NCBI GenBank assembly: GCA_963766295.1
Contig: CAVXYW010000001.1
Span: 196,364 to 260,363, forward strand
DNA: 64,000 bases
Direction of reading: 5' to 3'
DNA from: an uncultured Actinomycetes bacterium
Lineage (GTDB): Bacteria > Actinomycetota > JAICYB01
The notes beneath the pieces were generated by a model. That model was given only the letters and a program-made list of their open reading frames with translations. It made no database searches and was not told where the DNA came from. A program made the translations under genes and the position numbers. Below, in pieces: positions 9,785 through 19,113 of this stretch. Within the stretch, counting starts at the first letter, position 1, and every line of letters begins with the position of its first letter.

Positions 9785-9801
9785 CGCTGCTCTCCGTTGA
9801 T

Positions 9802-9817
9802 TGAGAATGATTATCGA
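9802..9817. promoter_or_regulatory. Zur-box-like imperfect palindrome TGAGAATGATTATCGA
   Basis: AT-rich near-palindrome in the short znuA/zur divergent region. Resembles the actinobacterial Zur operator pattern TGAnAAT-n-ATTnTCA. Confidence 0.6.
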
Positions 9818-9871
9818 TATAGACTACCAGGCGTGCCTTCCAAGTCCGCCAACCGCCAAGAAGCGCGTGAA

Positions 9872-10261
9872 ATGCTCGAACGGGCAGGGCTTCGGCCCAC
9901 TCGTCAGCGTGTGGCCGTGATCGATGCCCTGCGCGCGCGACCTGAGGCCGTTACCGCACAAGATCTGCACCACGAGCTGCGACGAACGTCCGGAGCCCCC
10001 GGGCTGGCAACGATCTACAGGACGTTGACCGCGCTAAGCACAGCGGGATATCTCGATACGTTCACGCACGAAGGAGAGCAGGGGTTCCGGCTGTGCGGTC
10101 CGGATCACCACCACCACCTCGTGTGCCGATCATGTGGATCGGTAGAGGAAGTCGGCGCGGAAGCCGTCGAGAGCTGGGTCAAGCGGGTGGCGCGTCAGCG
10201 ACGATTCAAGGTGCTGGGTCACACCGTCGACGTTTACGGACTATGCGCCGCTTGCGGCTAA
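9872..10261 (+). CDS. zur: Fur-family zinc uptake regulator
   Basis: MLERAGLRPTRQRVAVIDAL..HHHLVCRSCGSVEEV..YGLCAACG, with both CxxC pairs present. Start is uncertain: ATG 9872 or GTG 9833. The TTG at 9797 in the ORF track would overlap the operator. Confidence 0.85.
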   Translation: MLERAGLRPTRQRVAVIDALRARPEAVTAQDLHHELRRTSGAPGLATIYRTLTALSTAGYLDTFTHEGEQGFRLCGPDHHHHLVCRSCGSVEEVGAEAVESWVKRVARQRRFKVLGHTVDVYGLCAACG

Positions 10262-12369
10262 CTCAGCGCCTTTAGCGCATCCTCCAGCGTGCTGACACCG
10301 ACCACGTCCAGACCTGAAGTTCTCGCGTCTCGGACTTCGTCCTCAGGCACGAGGAAGAGATCGGCTCCCGCGCGCGTGGCCGAGATCGCCTTTTCCTCGA
10401 GACCTCCGACGGGACCGACGCGTCCATCGAGATCGATGGTGCCGGTGGTTGCCACATCGCGACCGTCGGCGACGTTGGCACCTTCGATCAAGTCGTATAT
10501 CGCCAGCGCATAAGCGAGGCCTGCAGACGGACCCCCGATCTCCCGCTCACGGAACGTGATGTCGAAGGGCAACTCGACATCGAAGTCACGGGTCTCGAGC
10601 AGCACGCCGATCCCGGGCGCGCCTTCGACGACCCCTTCGCGGCTCGTGAGCTCAAACGTCCTTTCGCGATCGTCGCGTTCGACCGTGATCTCGAAACGGG
10701 TACCACGCGGCCTCGATCGGATCGGACGTCCGACGTCGTCGGCGAGAAGAACGGGCTGTCCGTCCACCTCCGTTATCACGTCGCCTTCTTCGAGAACCCG
10801 CGCAGCGGGAGCGCCGGGGATCACCGCGGAAACGATGGCTCCCGTTCCCTTTATGTCGACCTCCATGCCGGCAGCTTTGGCAGCAGCGGCCGCAGCGATC
10901 CGTTGCGTCTGCTCGAACAAAGTCCGTTGCTCCTCGAAGAACTCGTCGGCATCTACACCGCGCGGCACGAGGTTAGAGATTGGCGCGGTTTCCTTTCCTT
11001 GCACCACCGCGAGAAGGAACCCGAAACCGGTCGGCTGCTGAACCGACACAGAGGTCAGTAAGAAGCCGCCGTCCACGGGATCGGTGTCGGCTCCGCGGAT
11101 GCTGATGTCGTCGGATACATCGAAGGACGTTCCTGGCCCGAACACCACGACGGGTGGTTGGTAGAAAATGCCTATCGCAAAGACAACAACAACGCCACCG
11201 AGGATCCACAGCAGCGGGCCGCTACGCCTGCGTGTCGGGACAACCGGATCGGGCTCCCTGATGCGCTGAAGCTCTACGGCACGAGCGATGTCGGACGGAG
11301 AAAGGATCCCAACGATGCGACCGTCGTCCATAACTGCAGCGCGGCCGGGGCCCTTCTGCAAGGCGATGGCGGCTTCCGTCAGGTCTGTGTCGGGACGCAG
11401 GGCCGGAATCTCTTCGGCTGTGACCATCACGTCGCGAACAGTCGTCGCAGCACGCTCCTCCTGCGGCACTCGTCCGGCCCGCCGCAACGAGATCAGACCG
11501 AGCAGCTGTCCTTCGTCGACGACCGGATATGTGGAATGCCCGCGGATGTGGGCGACGTCCTCGATGAACGACGCGATGGGCAAGTCGGGAGCAACTACTT
11601 CGGGGTTGGCCGTCATGAGATCGCGGACGCGGCGATCACCGAGTGTGTGCCGGAACTGCGCGTAAGCGACTTCAGACTGGGCGGCCTGAAGAAGGAACCA
11701 GCCGATGAAGACGAACCAGATCCCGCCGGTGTTGGCGCCGGTAACGAACTGAAGGATCCCAACGGCCATCAAACCGATCGCAAGCACTCGGGCAAGCCGG
11801 GCAGCGCTCACCGTTGCCGCTTCGTAGCTTCCGCTTCTGTTCCAGAGATAGGCGCGAAGCACTCGCCCGCCGTCGAGCGGCAGCGCGGGGATCATGTTGA
11901 AGGCAAGAAGGACGAGGTTGATACGGGCGAGGTAGTCGGCGACACCGATCACGGGATCGGGAAGTCCGGCCGCGTCGAACGCGCCACGTATCGCAAGGAA
12001 GACTCCCCAAAGCACTGCGGTTACGGCGGGACCGGCGATCGCGATGCGGAACTCGGCTCCCGCAGACGGAAAGTCGCCCTTGAATTTCGCAACACCGCCG
12101 AAGACCCAAAGCGAGATGCTCTCGATCTCCATCCCCTCGCGTTGAGCACGAAAGGCGTGTCCGAGCTCGTGAAGGATGATGCAACCGAAGAACAGGACGG
12201 CAGTGATGATCCCCATCGCCCAGTACGTGGTCGACTCGAGGTCCTGGTACGTGCGCGGGAAGTAGCCGGTCGCGAAGGACCACGCGAAGAGCGCGAAGAC
12301 GAGCAACCAGGACCAGTTGGCGCCGATCCGGATCCCGCGGACGCGGAACAGCGTGAAGGAGGACTCCAT
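10258..12369 (-). CDS. Fusion protein: M50 site-2 metalloprotease, CBS pair, TM helix, PDZ and Lon-type (S16) serine protease domain
   Basis: 703 aa. N-terminal HELGH plus FNMIPALPLDGG (M50), then two CBS-like repeats, TM LLWILGGVVVVFAIGIFY and a PDZ-like segment (GAIVSAVIPGAPAARVLEEGDVITEVDG). Lon_C motifs are EIGGPSAGLAYALAIYDL and VGGLEEKAISATRAGADLFLVP. Confidence 0.85.
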   Translation of the reverse strand: MESSFTLFRVRGIRIGANWSWLLVFALFAWSFATGYFPRTYQDLESTTYWAMGIITAVLFFGCIILHELGHAFRAQREGMEIESISLWVFGGVAKFKGDFPSAGAEFRIAIAGPAVTAVLWGVFLAIRGAFDAAGLPDPVIGVADYLARINLVLLAFNMIPALPLDGGRVLRAYLWNRSGSYEAATVSAARLARVLAIGLMAVGILQFVTGANTGGIWFVFIGWFLLQAAQSEVAYAQFRHTLGDRRVRDLMTANPEVVAPDLPIASFIEDVAHIRGHSTYPVVDEGQLLGLISLRRAGRVPQEERAATTVRDVMVTAEEIPALRPDTDLTEAAIALQKGPGRAAVMDDGRIVGILSPSDIARAVELQRIREPDPVVPTRRRSGPLLWILGGVVVVFAIGIFYQPPVVVFGPGTSFDVSDDISIRGADTDPVDGGFLLTSVSVQQPTGFGFLLAVVQGKETAPISNLVPRGVDADEFFEEQRTLFEQTQRIAAAAAAKAAGMEVDIKGTGAIVSAVIPGAPAARVLEEGDVITEVDGQPVLLADDVGRPIRSRPRGTRFEITVERDDRERTFELTSREGVVEGAPGIGVLLETRDFDVELPFDITFREREIGGPSAGLAYALAIYDLIEGANVADGRDVATTGTIDLDGRVGPVGGLEEKAISATRAGADLFLVPEDEVRDARTSGLDVVGVSTLEDALKALS

Positions 12370-12406
12370 CTCGTTTCCTTATACACGTACAGACGCTGGA
12401 CCGCGC

Positions 12407-12838
12407 TCAGTCGTCCGGTTCTACGCGCCTTTCACGCTTGCGCCGCGAGCGAAGTCGCTTCTCCTTCAAGCGGCGCTCCTTAGCCGCCTTGCTCGGCCTG
12501 GACGGCCGTCGCTTCGGAGGCGGCGGTTTCAGGGCCTCCGCCATGAGTCGCCTGAACCGCTCGATCGCCGCTTCTCGATTCGCTCCCTGCGTGCGTGATT
12601 CGGATGAAACGATGTGGAGCTTGCCGTCGGAGTCGAGACGGGAAGCCAAGCGCTGCAGCGCACGAGTTCGCTGTACGGGACCAAGCGAGGAAGAACCCGC
12701 AACATCGAAGACCAACTCGACTTGAGTTTCACGACGATTGACGTTCTGTCCGCCCGGACCTCCGGAACGAGAGAACCTGAAATGGATCTCACGTCCGGGG
12801 ACAACGCACGAGCGACTGATGCGGACGTCGTCTGTCAC
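12407..12838 (-). CDS. arfB: Alternative ribosome-rescue factor / peptidyl-tRNA hydrolase ArfB
   Basis: GTG 12838 (GTGA overlap with the sdpI stop). GGQ motif SRSGGPGGQNVNRRETQV and a long basic C-terminal tail (KPPPPKRRPSRPSKAAKERRLKEKRLRSRRKRERR). Confidence 0.85.
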   Translation of the reverse strand: MTDDVRISRSCVVPGREIHFRFSRSGGPGGQNVNRRETQVELVFDVAGSSSLGPVQRTRALQRLASRLDSDGKLHIVSSESRTQGANREAAIERFRRLMAEALKPPPPKRRPSRPSKAAKERRLKEKRLRSRRKRERRVEPDD

Positions 12839-13494
12839 GTTCGCACTTCTCTCCTTGGTCGTCCGAGCCGAACCCAGAGAACGTAGGAATACGTGATAGG
12901 GATCGCCGCGATGATTGCGATCGCCATTACCCAGGACACTGATCGGATCCACTCGATCGGTTGGAGCCCTCCGACGGCCAGCAGAACTCCGCCGCCGATC
13001 ATCGCCCAAGCTCCGACCCTATGCGTGGCTTGCCAGACGCGATCGGAACTGAGCGTCCACGGAGTGCGGATCCCCACCAACCAGTTCGGACGCACGCGCG
13101 GCATGAGGTTGCCGATGCCTACAAAGAGCGCGCCGGCAAGGATCGGAAACGCACGAGCGGAATCGATCGGCCAGCCCAATGCTAGGCCGAGCATCAAAAC
13201 ATGCAGCGCTCCAAGCATCACCACTAAGAGGTTGATCACGGCCCAAAGCGTGTCCCGGTGCTTCTCGTGACTCTCTCGGCGTGGATCGGTGCGGACGGCA
13301 ACGGCAACGAGTACTGGGATGGCGATCATCAGCAGCGGCAATACCCCAGCCGCGGCAAGCCTGGATGCGTAGCCGTTCGGCTCGAACTCGATGTTCCAGT
13401 GGATCGCCACTCGTTCGGGTAGGCGCGAATAAACCGCCAACGAGAAGGCGATTGCTCCTGCCGTAGCGATCCAACCCACCCAAGGCCTACGCAT
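12835..13494 (-). CDS. SdpI/YhfL-family membrane protein (DUF1648 plus SdpI domains)
   Basis: 219 aa, multi-TM. N-terminus LPERVAIHWNIEFEPNGYASR is typical of DUF1648. Overlaps the upstream ArsR gene by 8 nt. Confidence 0.75.
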   Translation of the reverse strand: MRRPWVGWIATAGAIAFSLAVYSRLPERVAIHWNIEFEPNGYASRLAAAGVLPLLMIAIPVLVAVAVRTDPRRESHEKHRDTLWAVINLLVVMLGALHVLMLGLALGWPIDSARAFPILAGALFVGIGNLMPRVRPNWLVGIRTPWTLSSDRVWQATHRVGAWAMIGGGVLLAVGGLQPIEWIRSVSWVMAIAIIAAIPITYSYVLWVRLGRPRREVRT

Positions 13495-13765
13495 TCCTCG
13501 TCCTCCTCCTTCTTCCGCCGAGCTCCATCAAATTCGCGACCACCTCCTGGAGGACGGTCGTGTTGAGCGAGTAAAGGATGTTCTGTCCATCGCGTTCGGC
13601 CAGGACCAGGTCTGCGTTCTTCAAGACGTTGAGGTGGTGCGATACCGACGCCCACGCCATTTCGAATTCCCCCGCAATCTCCCCCGCCGTGAGGTCACCG
13701 TCCCTCAACATCTCCAGGATCCTTCGGCGCGTGGGGTCCGCAAGCGCCTTGTAGGAACCGTCCAT
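13487..13765 (-). CDS. ArsR/SdpR-family transcriptional repressor
   Basis: 92 aa, KALADPTRRRILEMLRDGDLTAGEIAGEFEMAWASVSHHLNVLKNADLV, an ArsR-type HTH. Confidence 0.9.
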   Translation of the reverse strand: MDGSYKALADPTRRRILEMLRDGDLTAGEIAGEFEMAWASVSHHLNVLKNADLVLAERDGQNILYSLNTTVLQEVVANLMELGGRRRRTRNA

Positions 13766-13766
13766 A

Positions 13767-13792
13767 GATATTTAGCCTATCATCTAAATAAC
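13767..13792. promoter_or_regulatory. AT-rich inverted repeat GATATTTAG-N8-CTAAATAAC, candidate ArsR/SdpR operator and promoter
   Basis: Seen 2 nt upstream of the ArsR start codon. 8 of 9 positions are complementary. A strongly AT-rich island in GC-rich DNA. Confidence 0.55.
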
Positions 13793-13833
13793 TCGTTGCA
13801 GATGAACCCTGATCAATGTCGTCGGATGAGCCT

Positions 13834-15930
13834 TCAGGCCGAACTGAGTCGCTTCAAGGCGACGGCTATGTCCGCCGACTGTGGAAGGATCGCGTCCTCG
13901 AGCGTAGGTTCGTAGGCCACCCACGAGTGCTTGGCGCCCACGCGCATCACCGGCGCATCGAGATCCCAGAAGCAGTGCTCGGTCACCCAAGCCGAGATCT
14001 CGGCTCCCATACCGAACTCGAGGATGTCCTCGTGAACCACGAGCAGCCGTGAGGTCTTCGCGACCGATGCAGCAACCGTTTCCTGATCCCAGGGCCACAG
14101 TGACCGCAGATCGATGACCTCGACCGACAGACCCTGCGACTTCTCCAGCTCACGTGCTGCTTGCATCGACCGCTGGACCGTCGCGCCGTACGTGACCAGC
14201 GTGACGTCGTCGCCGCGGGTGACGTACGCCGCCTTACCGAGCGGGATCTTGTAGTCGTCCGGCGGGAAAGGGTCGCGGTTGTACATCTGCCGGTAAAGGT
14301 GCTTGTGCTCGAGGAAGAGGATCGGGTCCTCGCAGTCGAAGGCCGTGCGCAGGAGGCCCGCGGCGTCTCGTGCACGCGACGGCATGACCACGAAGAGCCC
14401 TGGTGTGTGCGTGAAGATCGACTCCCCCGATTGCGAGTGCCAGATGGAGCCACCCTGCAGGTAACCGCCGATCGGAACTCGCAGCACCATCGGCACCTTA
14501 AAACCTCCGTTGGACCGCCACCGCGTCGTTGCCGCCTCGGTACGGAGCTGCTGCATGGCCGTCCAGATGTAGTCGAAGAATTGGATCTCCGGACAGGGCC
14601 GTAATCCTCTTATTCCCTGCCCGACAGCGCGGCCTACGATGTTCGCCTCGGCGAGCGGAGTATTGAAGCAGCGAGCGATTCCGAATTCTCGTGTAAGTCC
14701 GTGGGTGATCCCAAACACCCCGCCCTTGCCGGGCACGTGTTCCAGCACTTCGATCGACGCCGCATCGGCAACGTCCTCGCCGAACACGCGCACGCGTTCG
14801 TCCCGTTCCATCACTTCCTGCAACGTGAGGCGGATCGACTCTCCGAACGTCACCACATCACCGGCGCCGGCATCGTCGGGCTCGACCACATCGGGCAACG
14901 GACCCGTGACGTTCTCGAGCACGGTTGCCGGATCGGGACGCCGCGCGGCGAGCGCTTCATTGGCCGCTTGCACGACGTGAGCCTTGGCTTCGTCCCTGAT
15001 CTGCTTGGCTTCGTCCGCCGAAAGAAAGCCGGCTTCCAAAAGTTCACGCTCGAGCTGATCGATGGGGTCGTACTCCTGCTCCTCGGCAAGCTCTTCGGGT
15101 GTGCGGTACTTGCGCTGATCGTCGGAGAGCGAATGTGAGTACGGCCTCGTCACGATCGCGTGGATCAAACCCGGACCCTCACCCGCTCGCACGCGCTCGA
15201 TAGCCTTCTTTCCCTTGGCGCGCACCTCGAAGTAATCGCGTCCGTCCAATTTGTGGATCGCCAGTCCGCGGAACCCACGTACGAGCTCGGAGACGGGAGC
15301 CGGGTGCTGTTCGTCCGAAGGAACAGATATCGCGTATCCGTTGTCGGCAACGACGAACAAGACTGGAAGGTGCAACGTACAAGCCGTATTCAGCGCTTCC
15401 CAGAACTCGCCTTCCGAGCACGCACCTTCGCCAAGAGAAACGTAGGTGAGCTCATCACCGTGAGCGGTGCAACCCGGAAGGTCGCGTCTAACGATGTAGC
15501 GGGACGCCTCGGCGCAGCCGACGGCAGGGAGGCACTGGCTTCCGGTTGCCGACGACTGGGTAACGACGTTCAGCTCGGGGAAGCTCCAATGGCACGGCAT
15601 CTGCCGGCCGCCCGATGCCGGATCCTCCGCCGATCCGACCGCTTGCAGCAGAAGCGTCTTCGCGTCGACACCCATGCCGAGCATGAGCGCGCCGTCACGG
15701 TAATACGGAAAGAACCAGTCGTAAGAAGGCCGGAGGTACCGCATGAGCCCGAGGTACAGAGCCTCGTGACCGGCCCCCGAGATCTGGAAGAAGACCTTCG
15801 ATTGCTGACGAAGGACGATCTCGCGGTCGTCGATAGCTCGCGAGATGCAGGCGAGACGGAAATCTTCGACGGCTTCGTCCGCGGAGACTCCGCGGTGCTT
15901 TCGGGCGGCCCGGACTTGAGCCTTAGCCAT
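13834..15930 (-). CDS. Thiamine-diphosphate-dependent 2-oxoacid dehydrogenase E1, fused alpha/beta subunits
   Basis: 698 aa. N-terminal half is E1-alpha-like (GAGHEALY..GEGACSEGEFWEALN) and the C-terminal half is E1-beta/transketolase-like (FNTPLAEANIVGRAVG..). No E2 or E3 gene nearby. Confidence 0.85.
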   Translation of the reverse strand: MAKAQVRAARKHRGVSADEAVEDFRLACISRAIDDREIVLRQQSKVFFQISGAGHEALYLGLMRYLRPSYDWFFPYYRDGALMLGMGVDAKTLLLQAVGSAEDPASGGRQMPCHWSFPELNVVTQSSATGSQCLPAVGCAEASRYIVRRDLPGCTAHGDELTYVSLGEGACSEGEFWEALNTACTLHLPVLFVVADNGYAISVPSDEQHPAPVSELVRGFRGLAIHKLDGRDYFEVRAKGKKAIERVRAGEGPGLIHAIVTRPYSHSLSDDQRKYRTPEELAEEQEYDPIDQLERELLEAGFLSADEAKQIRDEAKAHVVQAANEALAARRPDPATVLENVTGPLPDVVEPDDAGAGDVVTFGESIRLTLQEVMERDERVRVFGEDVADAASIEVLEHVPGKGGVFGITHGLTREFGIARCFNTPLAEANIVGRAVGQGIRGLRPCPEIQFFDYIWTAMQQLRTEAATTRWRSNGGFKVPMVLRVPIGGYLQGGSIWHSQSGESIFTHTPGLFVVMPSRARDAAGLLRTAFDCEDPILFLEHKHLYRQMYNRDPFPPDDYKIPLGKAAYVTRGDDVTLVTYGATVQRSMQAARELEKSQGLSVEVIDLRSLWPWDQETVAASVAKTSRLLVVHEDILEFGMGAEISAWVTEHCFWDLDAPVMRVGAKHSWVAYEPTLEDAILPQSADIAVALKRLSSA

Positions 15931-15956
15931 CGACTAGAGATTACTCTGGGGTTTGG

Positions 15957-17024
15957 TTACTTCGGCAGCAACTCCAGGGCGTCGTTGTCCTCCATTGCCT
16001 GGACCGAGCGATCGAACATCTGTTGGACCAGCGCTCTATGGCGTTCGTTGGTGATCTCGATCTGACCAGTCGCTACGACGGGGTAGATGAAGCACCACGC
16101 CACCGTCCGCCGGTAGTCGCTGTCGAAGGCGTCTTCCGGGTAGTCGATACCTCGTTTCGCCATGCCTTCGAGGTACCTGTCCCGCAGCGCGGACTCGTGC
16201 TTGCGGCGATCTTCCGTCGAAAGACTCTGACTCACGAAATAACCCAAGTCGTACCCGCCACGCGCGCGGCAGCAGATCTGCCAGTCGACGAGTGTGACTT
16301 CGGCCTGGTCGCCGCCCCGCGCGAAAAACATGTTGTCCAGCCGGTAGTCGCCGTGGTTCAAAGTGACGGGTGGCTCGGCCCCCAATGTGAGATTCCACTC
16401 GATCAGATCGGGAAACCGGTCGCCGTAGTCGCGGTAAGCGCTCTGCAATTGGCTGCCAACGACCTCGAGAGCGCGAGGCCATGCCTGCTTGTACATACCC
16501 GCCAGCACCTGGGGGTAGGGCACGTCTGAATAGGCCGGGATCCACGGGAACTTCTCGAAGCGATCGCTCGCCCACCAAGTGGAGTGAAGGACGACCATCG
16601 CATCGATGGCTACCTCCGCTTCCTTTATCGCGCAGCCAACGTTCTGGTCGCACATCAGGCGTTCGCTGAGATCCTCGAGAAGTAAGGCGAAGTCTCCGGA
16701 TTCGGGATCGTGCTCGGCGAAGTAAGCCTTCGGCGTGGAGATCGGTGTGTCCTTGGCTGCTTCGCTGTAGAACCGTACTTCCTTCTGATAGAAGTTCAGC
16801 GGCTCGACAACGTTCATGCGGGCACCTTCGTCAAGGGTTGGGAACTTAGCTATGACGCTGGCCGGAACTCCCTCCCCTTGAAGCGACACGCGGAACAGAC
16901 GGCCGAGCAGTCCGACACCGACGCCGATCTGCTCGACGTCGAAACCTGAAACCTGTCCACCGACGGCATCGCCGAGCCAATCATTGCTCAGCTGCGATGG
17001 ATCAACCGGAAAAGCTGCGCCCAT
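15957..17024 (-). CDS. APH/choline-kinase-like phosphotransferase
   Basis: Real start taken at MGAAFPVDPSQL (ATG 17024). The upstream 138 codons of ORF 15957..17438 are Arg-rich shadow. Catalytic loop HGDYRLDN and VDWQIC. Confidence 0.8.
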   Translation of the reverse strand: MGAAFPVDPSQLSNDWLGDAVGGQVSGFDVEQIGVGVGLLGRLFRVSLQGEGVPASVIAKFPTLDEGARMNVVEPLNFYQKEVRFYSEAAKDTPISTPKAYFAEHDPESGDFALLLEDLSERLMCDQNVGCAIKEAEVAIDAMVVLHSTWWASDRFEKFPWIPAYSDVPYPQVLAGMYKQAWPRALEVVGSQLQSAYRDYGDRFPDLIEWNLTLGAEPPVTLNHGDYRLDNMFFARGGDQAEVTLVDWQICCRARGGYDLGYFVSQSLSTEDRRKHESALRDRYLEGMAKRGIDYPEDAFDSDYRRTVAWCFIYPVVATGQIEITNERHRALVQQMFDRSVQAMEDNDALELLPK

Positions 17025-17062
17025 GACACCCCCCGTTGCTGATGACCTGCCTATCCTGACCC

Positions 17063-17653
17063 ATGGCCATCCTGACATGGCTGGGAATACCCGGGCCTGC
17101 CGATGCATGGACCGAGCTCGGCTTCTCCGTCGACGACGGGCGTTTCCAAGTCGGACAGGTTTGCTGCGAAACGGGCATGGATCCGGCCTGGGGATTCGAC
17201 GAGCTTGTCGACGAAAGCTCCCGTCTTGGAATGCCGACGAAGGTCGTCGACTCAACGCGAAAAGCGGAGCAACAACCCAACGGCATCGAAATCGTCGATC
17301 ACATCGTTTACACCGTCCCGGATCTCGACACAGCGGTCGAGTCATTGACCAAATCGCTCGGTACGCCCCCGCGGCGAAGGTTCCATCCCCGCGGACCCGA
17401 TGGACCGGAGATGGCCTTCTATCGGGTGGGCGAAGCATTCATAGAAGTTGTTTCATCCGGACAACCGCCCGCATTGATCGGTGTCGCCTTCAGCGCAACC
17501 GATCTCGACGCAACGGTCGAAGCGATCCGAGCGGCCGGCGGACCGATCGGCGACCCGAAGCCCGCAGTTCAGGGCGGACGCATCGCCAGCGTCTGGAGCG
17601 GCCACGTCGGCTGGGGCGTGGCGATCATGGAGCCCCCGGCGCGTAAGGACTAA
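17063..17653 (+). CDS. VOC/glyoxalase-family protein
   Basis: 196 aa. IVDHIVYTVPDLDTAVESL..FIEVV..IGVAFSATDLDATVEAIRAAG resembles paired beta-alpha-beta-beta-beta modules. Confidence 0.6.
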   Translation: MAILTWLGIPGPADAWTELGFSVDDGRFQVGQVCCETGMDPAWGFDELVDESSRLGMPTKVVDSTRKAEQQPNGIEIVDHIVYTVPDLDTAVESLTKSLGTPPRRRFHPRGPDGPEMAFYRVGEAFIEVVSSGQPPALIGVAFSATDLDATVEAIRAAGGPIGDPKPAVQGGRIASVWSGHVGWGVAIMEPPARKD

Positions 17654-17706
17654 CGGCGTCTGGTTAGGCTGTGCCCTCGTCATCCGGGGACGAAGGGGAG
17701 ACATCG

Positions 17707-19113
17707 ATGAGCGACGCAGAACTCGCGTTTACACCGGCCACGGAGCTGGCCGAGATGATCCGCTTGAAGAAGATCTCGCCGGTCGAGCTCGTCGACCTTT
17801 ACGCATCGCGTATCGAAGAGCTCAACCCGAAGCTGAACGCGTATCTGACCACGACCATCGACCAAGCGCGCGAACAGGCCGGGGCTGCCGAAGCCCAGGT
17901 CAACGGCGACGACCTTCCTGCGTTCCATGGCGTGCCGATCTCGATCAAGGACCTCAACGACACGGCCGGCGTTAGGACGACCCACGGAACGGCCGCGTTT
18001 CACGACCGCATCCCCGATCAGGACGAAGAGGTCGTTGCTCGAATCAAGAAGGCCGGGTTCATCATGCTCGGGAAGACGAACACCCCCGAGTTCGGAACGA
18101 CGCCGTGGACGGAACCGATCGCTTACGGTCCGGCGCGCAATCCCTGGGACACCGAGAGAACACCCGGTGGTTCGTCGGGAGGAGCGGCGGCCGCACTGGC
18201 GGCAGGGCTGTGTCCCATATCTCAGGGTTCCGACGGCGGAGGATCGATACGCATCCCGTCCTCGGTGTGCGGATTATTTGGCATCAAACCATCACGTGGC
18301 CGAGTCTCAGCAGCACCCGGCCCCCAGTCGTTCCTTTCGCAGGACGGGCCGATCGCGCACACCGTCGCCGACGCAGCGGGATTGCTCGACGCGATCGCCG
18401 GTTATGCGACGGGAGATGCGTGGCACGCGCCTCCGCCCGAGCGTCCATTCGCTGAAGAAGTCGGAAAGCCTCCCGGGAAACTGCGCATCGCATGGTCGAC
18501 GCGCGCCGAGATGGACGCCGTCGTTGCACCGGGAAACAAGCAAGCCGTGGAAGACACAGCCAAGCTCCTGGCCGAGCTCGGCCACGAGATCGTCGATTCT
18601 TCACCACCGACGTGGCCGCCCGACCTGATCGAGGCGTTCCTCATCACGTGGTGCGTGCGCTCGGACTGCTACCAGCCGATGCCACCGTTCGAGACGCTCG
18701 AGCCACTGAACCGTGCGTTGATCGAAGTCGGGCGCGGCTACTCGGCTCCCCAATTCGAACGCGCTCAACGATCGATCCAAGCCGAGGCCCGCAAGCTCGT
18801 CGCGTTCTTCGACGATGTCGACGTCGTGATGACACCAACCGTCGCCATCCCTCCGCCGAAGGTCGGGACGTACCACGACCCGGACAATCCGCTGATGGAG
18901 TTCCTCGCGGCCGGAAACTTCGTCCCGTTCACTCCGGCATGGAACACGACAGGACAGCCCGCCGTTTCGATCCCCATGCACTGGGACGAGCATGGACTGC
19001 CCGTCGGTGTTCAGCTGGTTGGGCGTCCGGGAGGCGAGGCAACGCTGATCAGGTTGTCGGCGCAGCTCGAAGAAGCTCGTCCGTGGGCTGACCGTCGTCC
19101 CGCGGTTTCTTAA
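17707..19113 (+). CDS. Amidase (amidase-signature family)
   Basis: Start at MSDAELAFTPA. Signature GGSSGGAAAALAAGLCPISQGSDGGGSIRIPS. Confidence 0.9.
   Translation: MSDAELAFTPATELAEMIRLKKISPVELVDLYASRIEELNPKLNAYLTTTIDQAREQAGAAEAQVNGDDLPAFHGVPISIKDLNDTAGVRTTHGTAAFHDRIPDQDEEVVARIKKAGFIMLGKTNTPEFGTTPWTEPIAYGPARNPWDTERTPGGSSGGAAAALAAGLCPISQGSDGGGSIRIPSSVCGLFGIKPSRGRVSAAPGPQSFLSQDGPIAHTVADAAGLLDAIAGYATGDAWHAPPPERPFAEEVGKPPGKLRIAWSTRAEMDAVVAPGNKQAVEDTAKLLAELGHEIVDSSPPTWPPDLIEAFLITWCVRSDCYQPMPPFETLEPLNRALIEVGRGYSAPQFERAQRSIQAEARKLVAFFDDVDVVMTPTVAIPPPKVGTYHDPDNPLMEFLAAGNFVPFTPAWNTTGQPAVSIPMHWDEHGLPVGVQLVGRPGGEATLIRLSAQLEEARPWADRRPAVS

Noticed and set aside
15957-17438. 493-aa version of the kinase ORF, and similarly the extended starts of ORFs 17671, 24709, 39689, 54137-55810, 55676 and 62407
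   Set aside because: The upstream extensions are Arg-rich, overlap neighbouring genes and lack an SD. Internal starts give family-typical N-termini.
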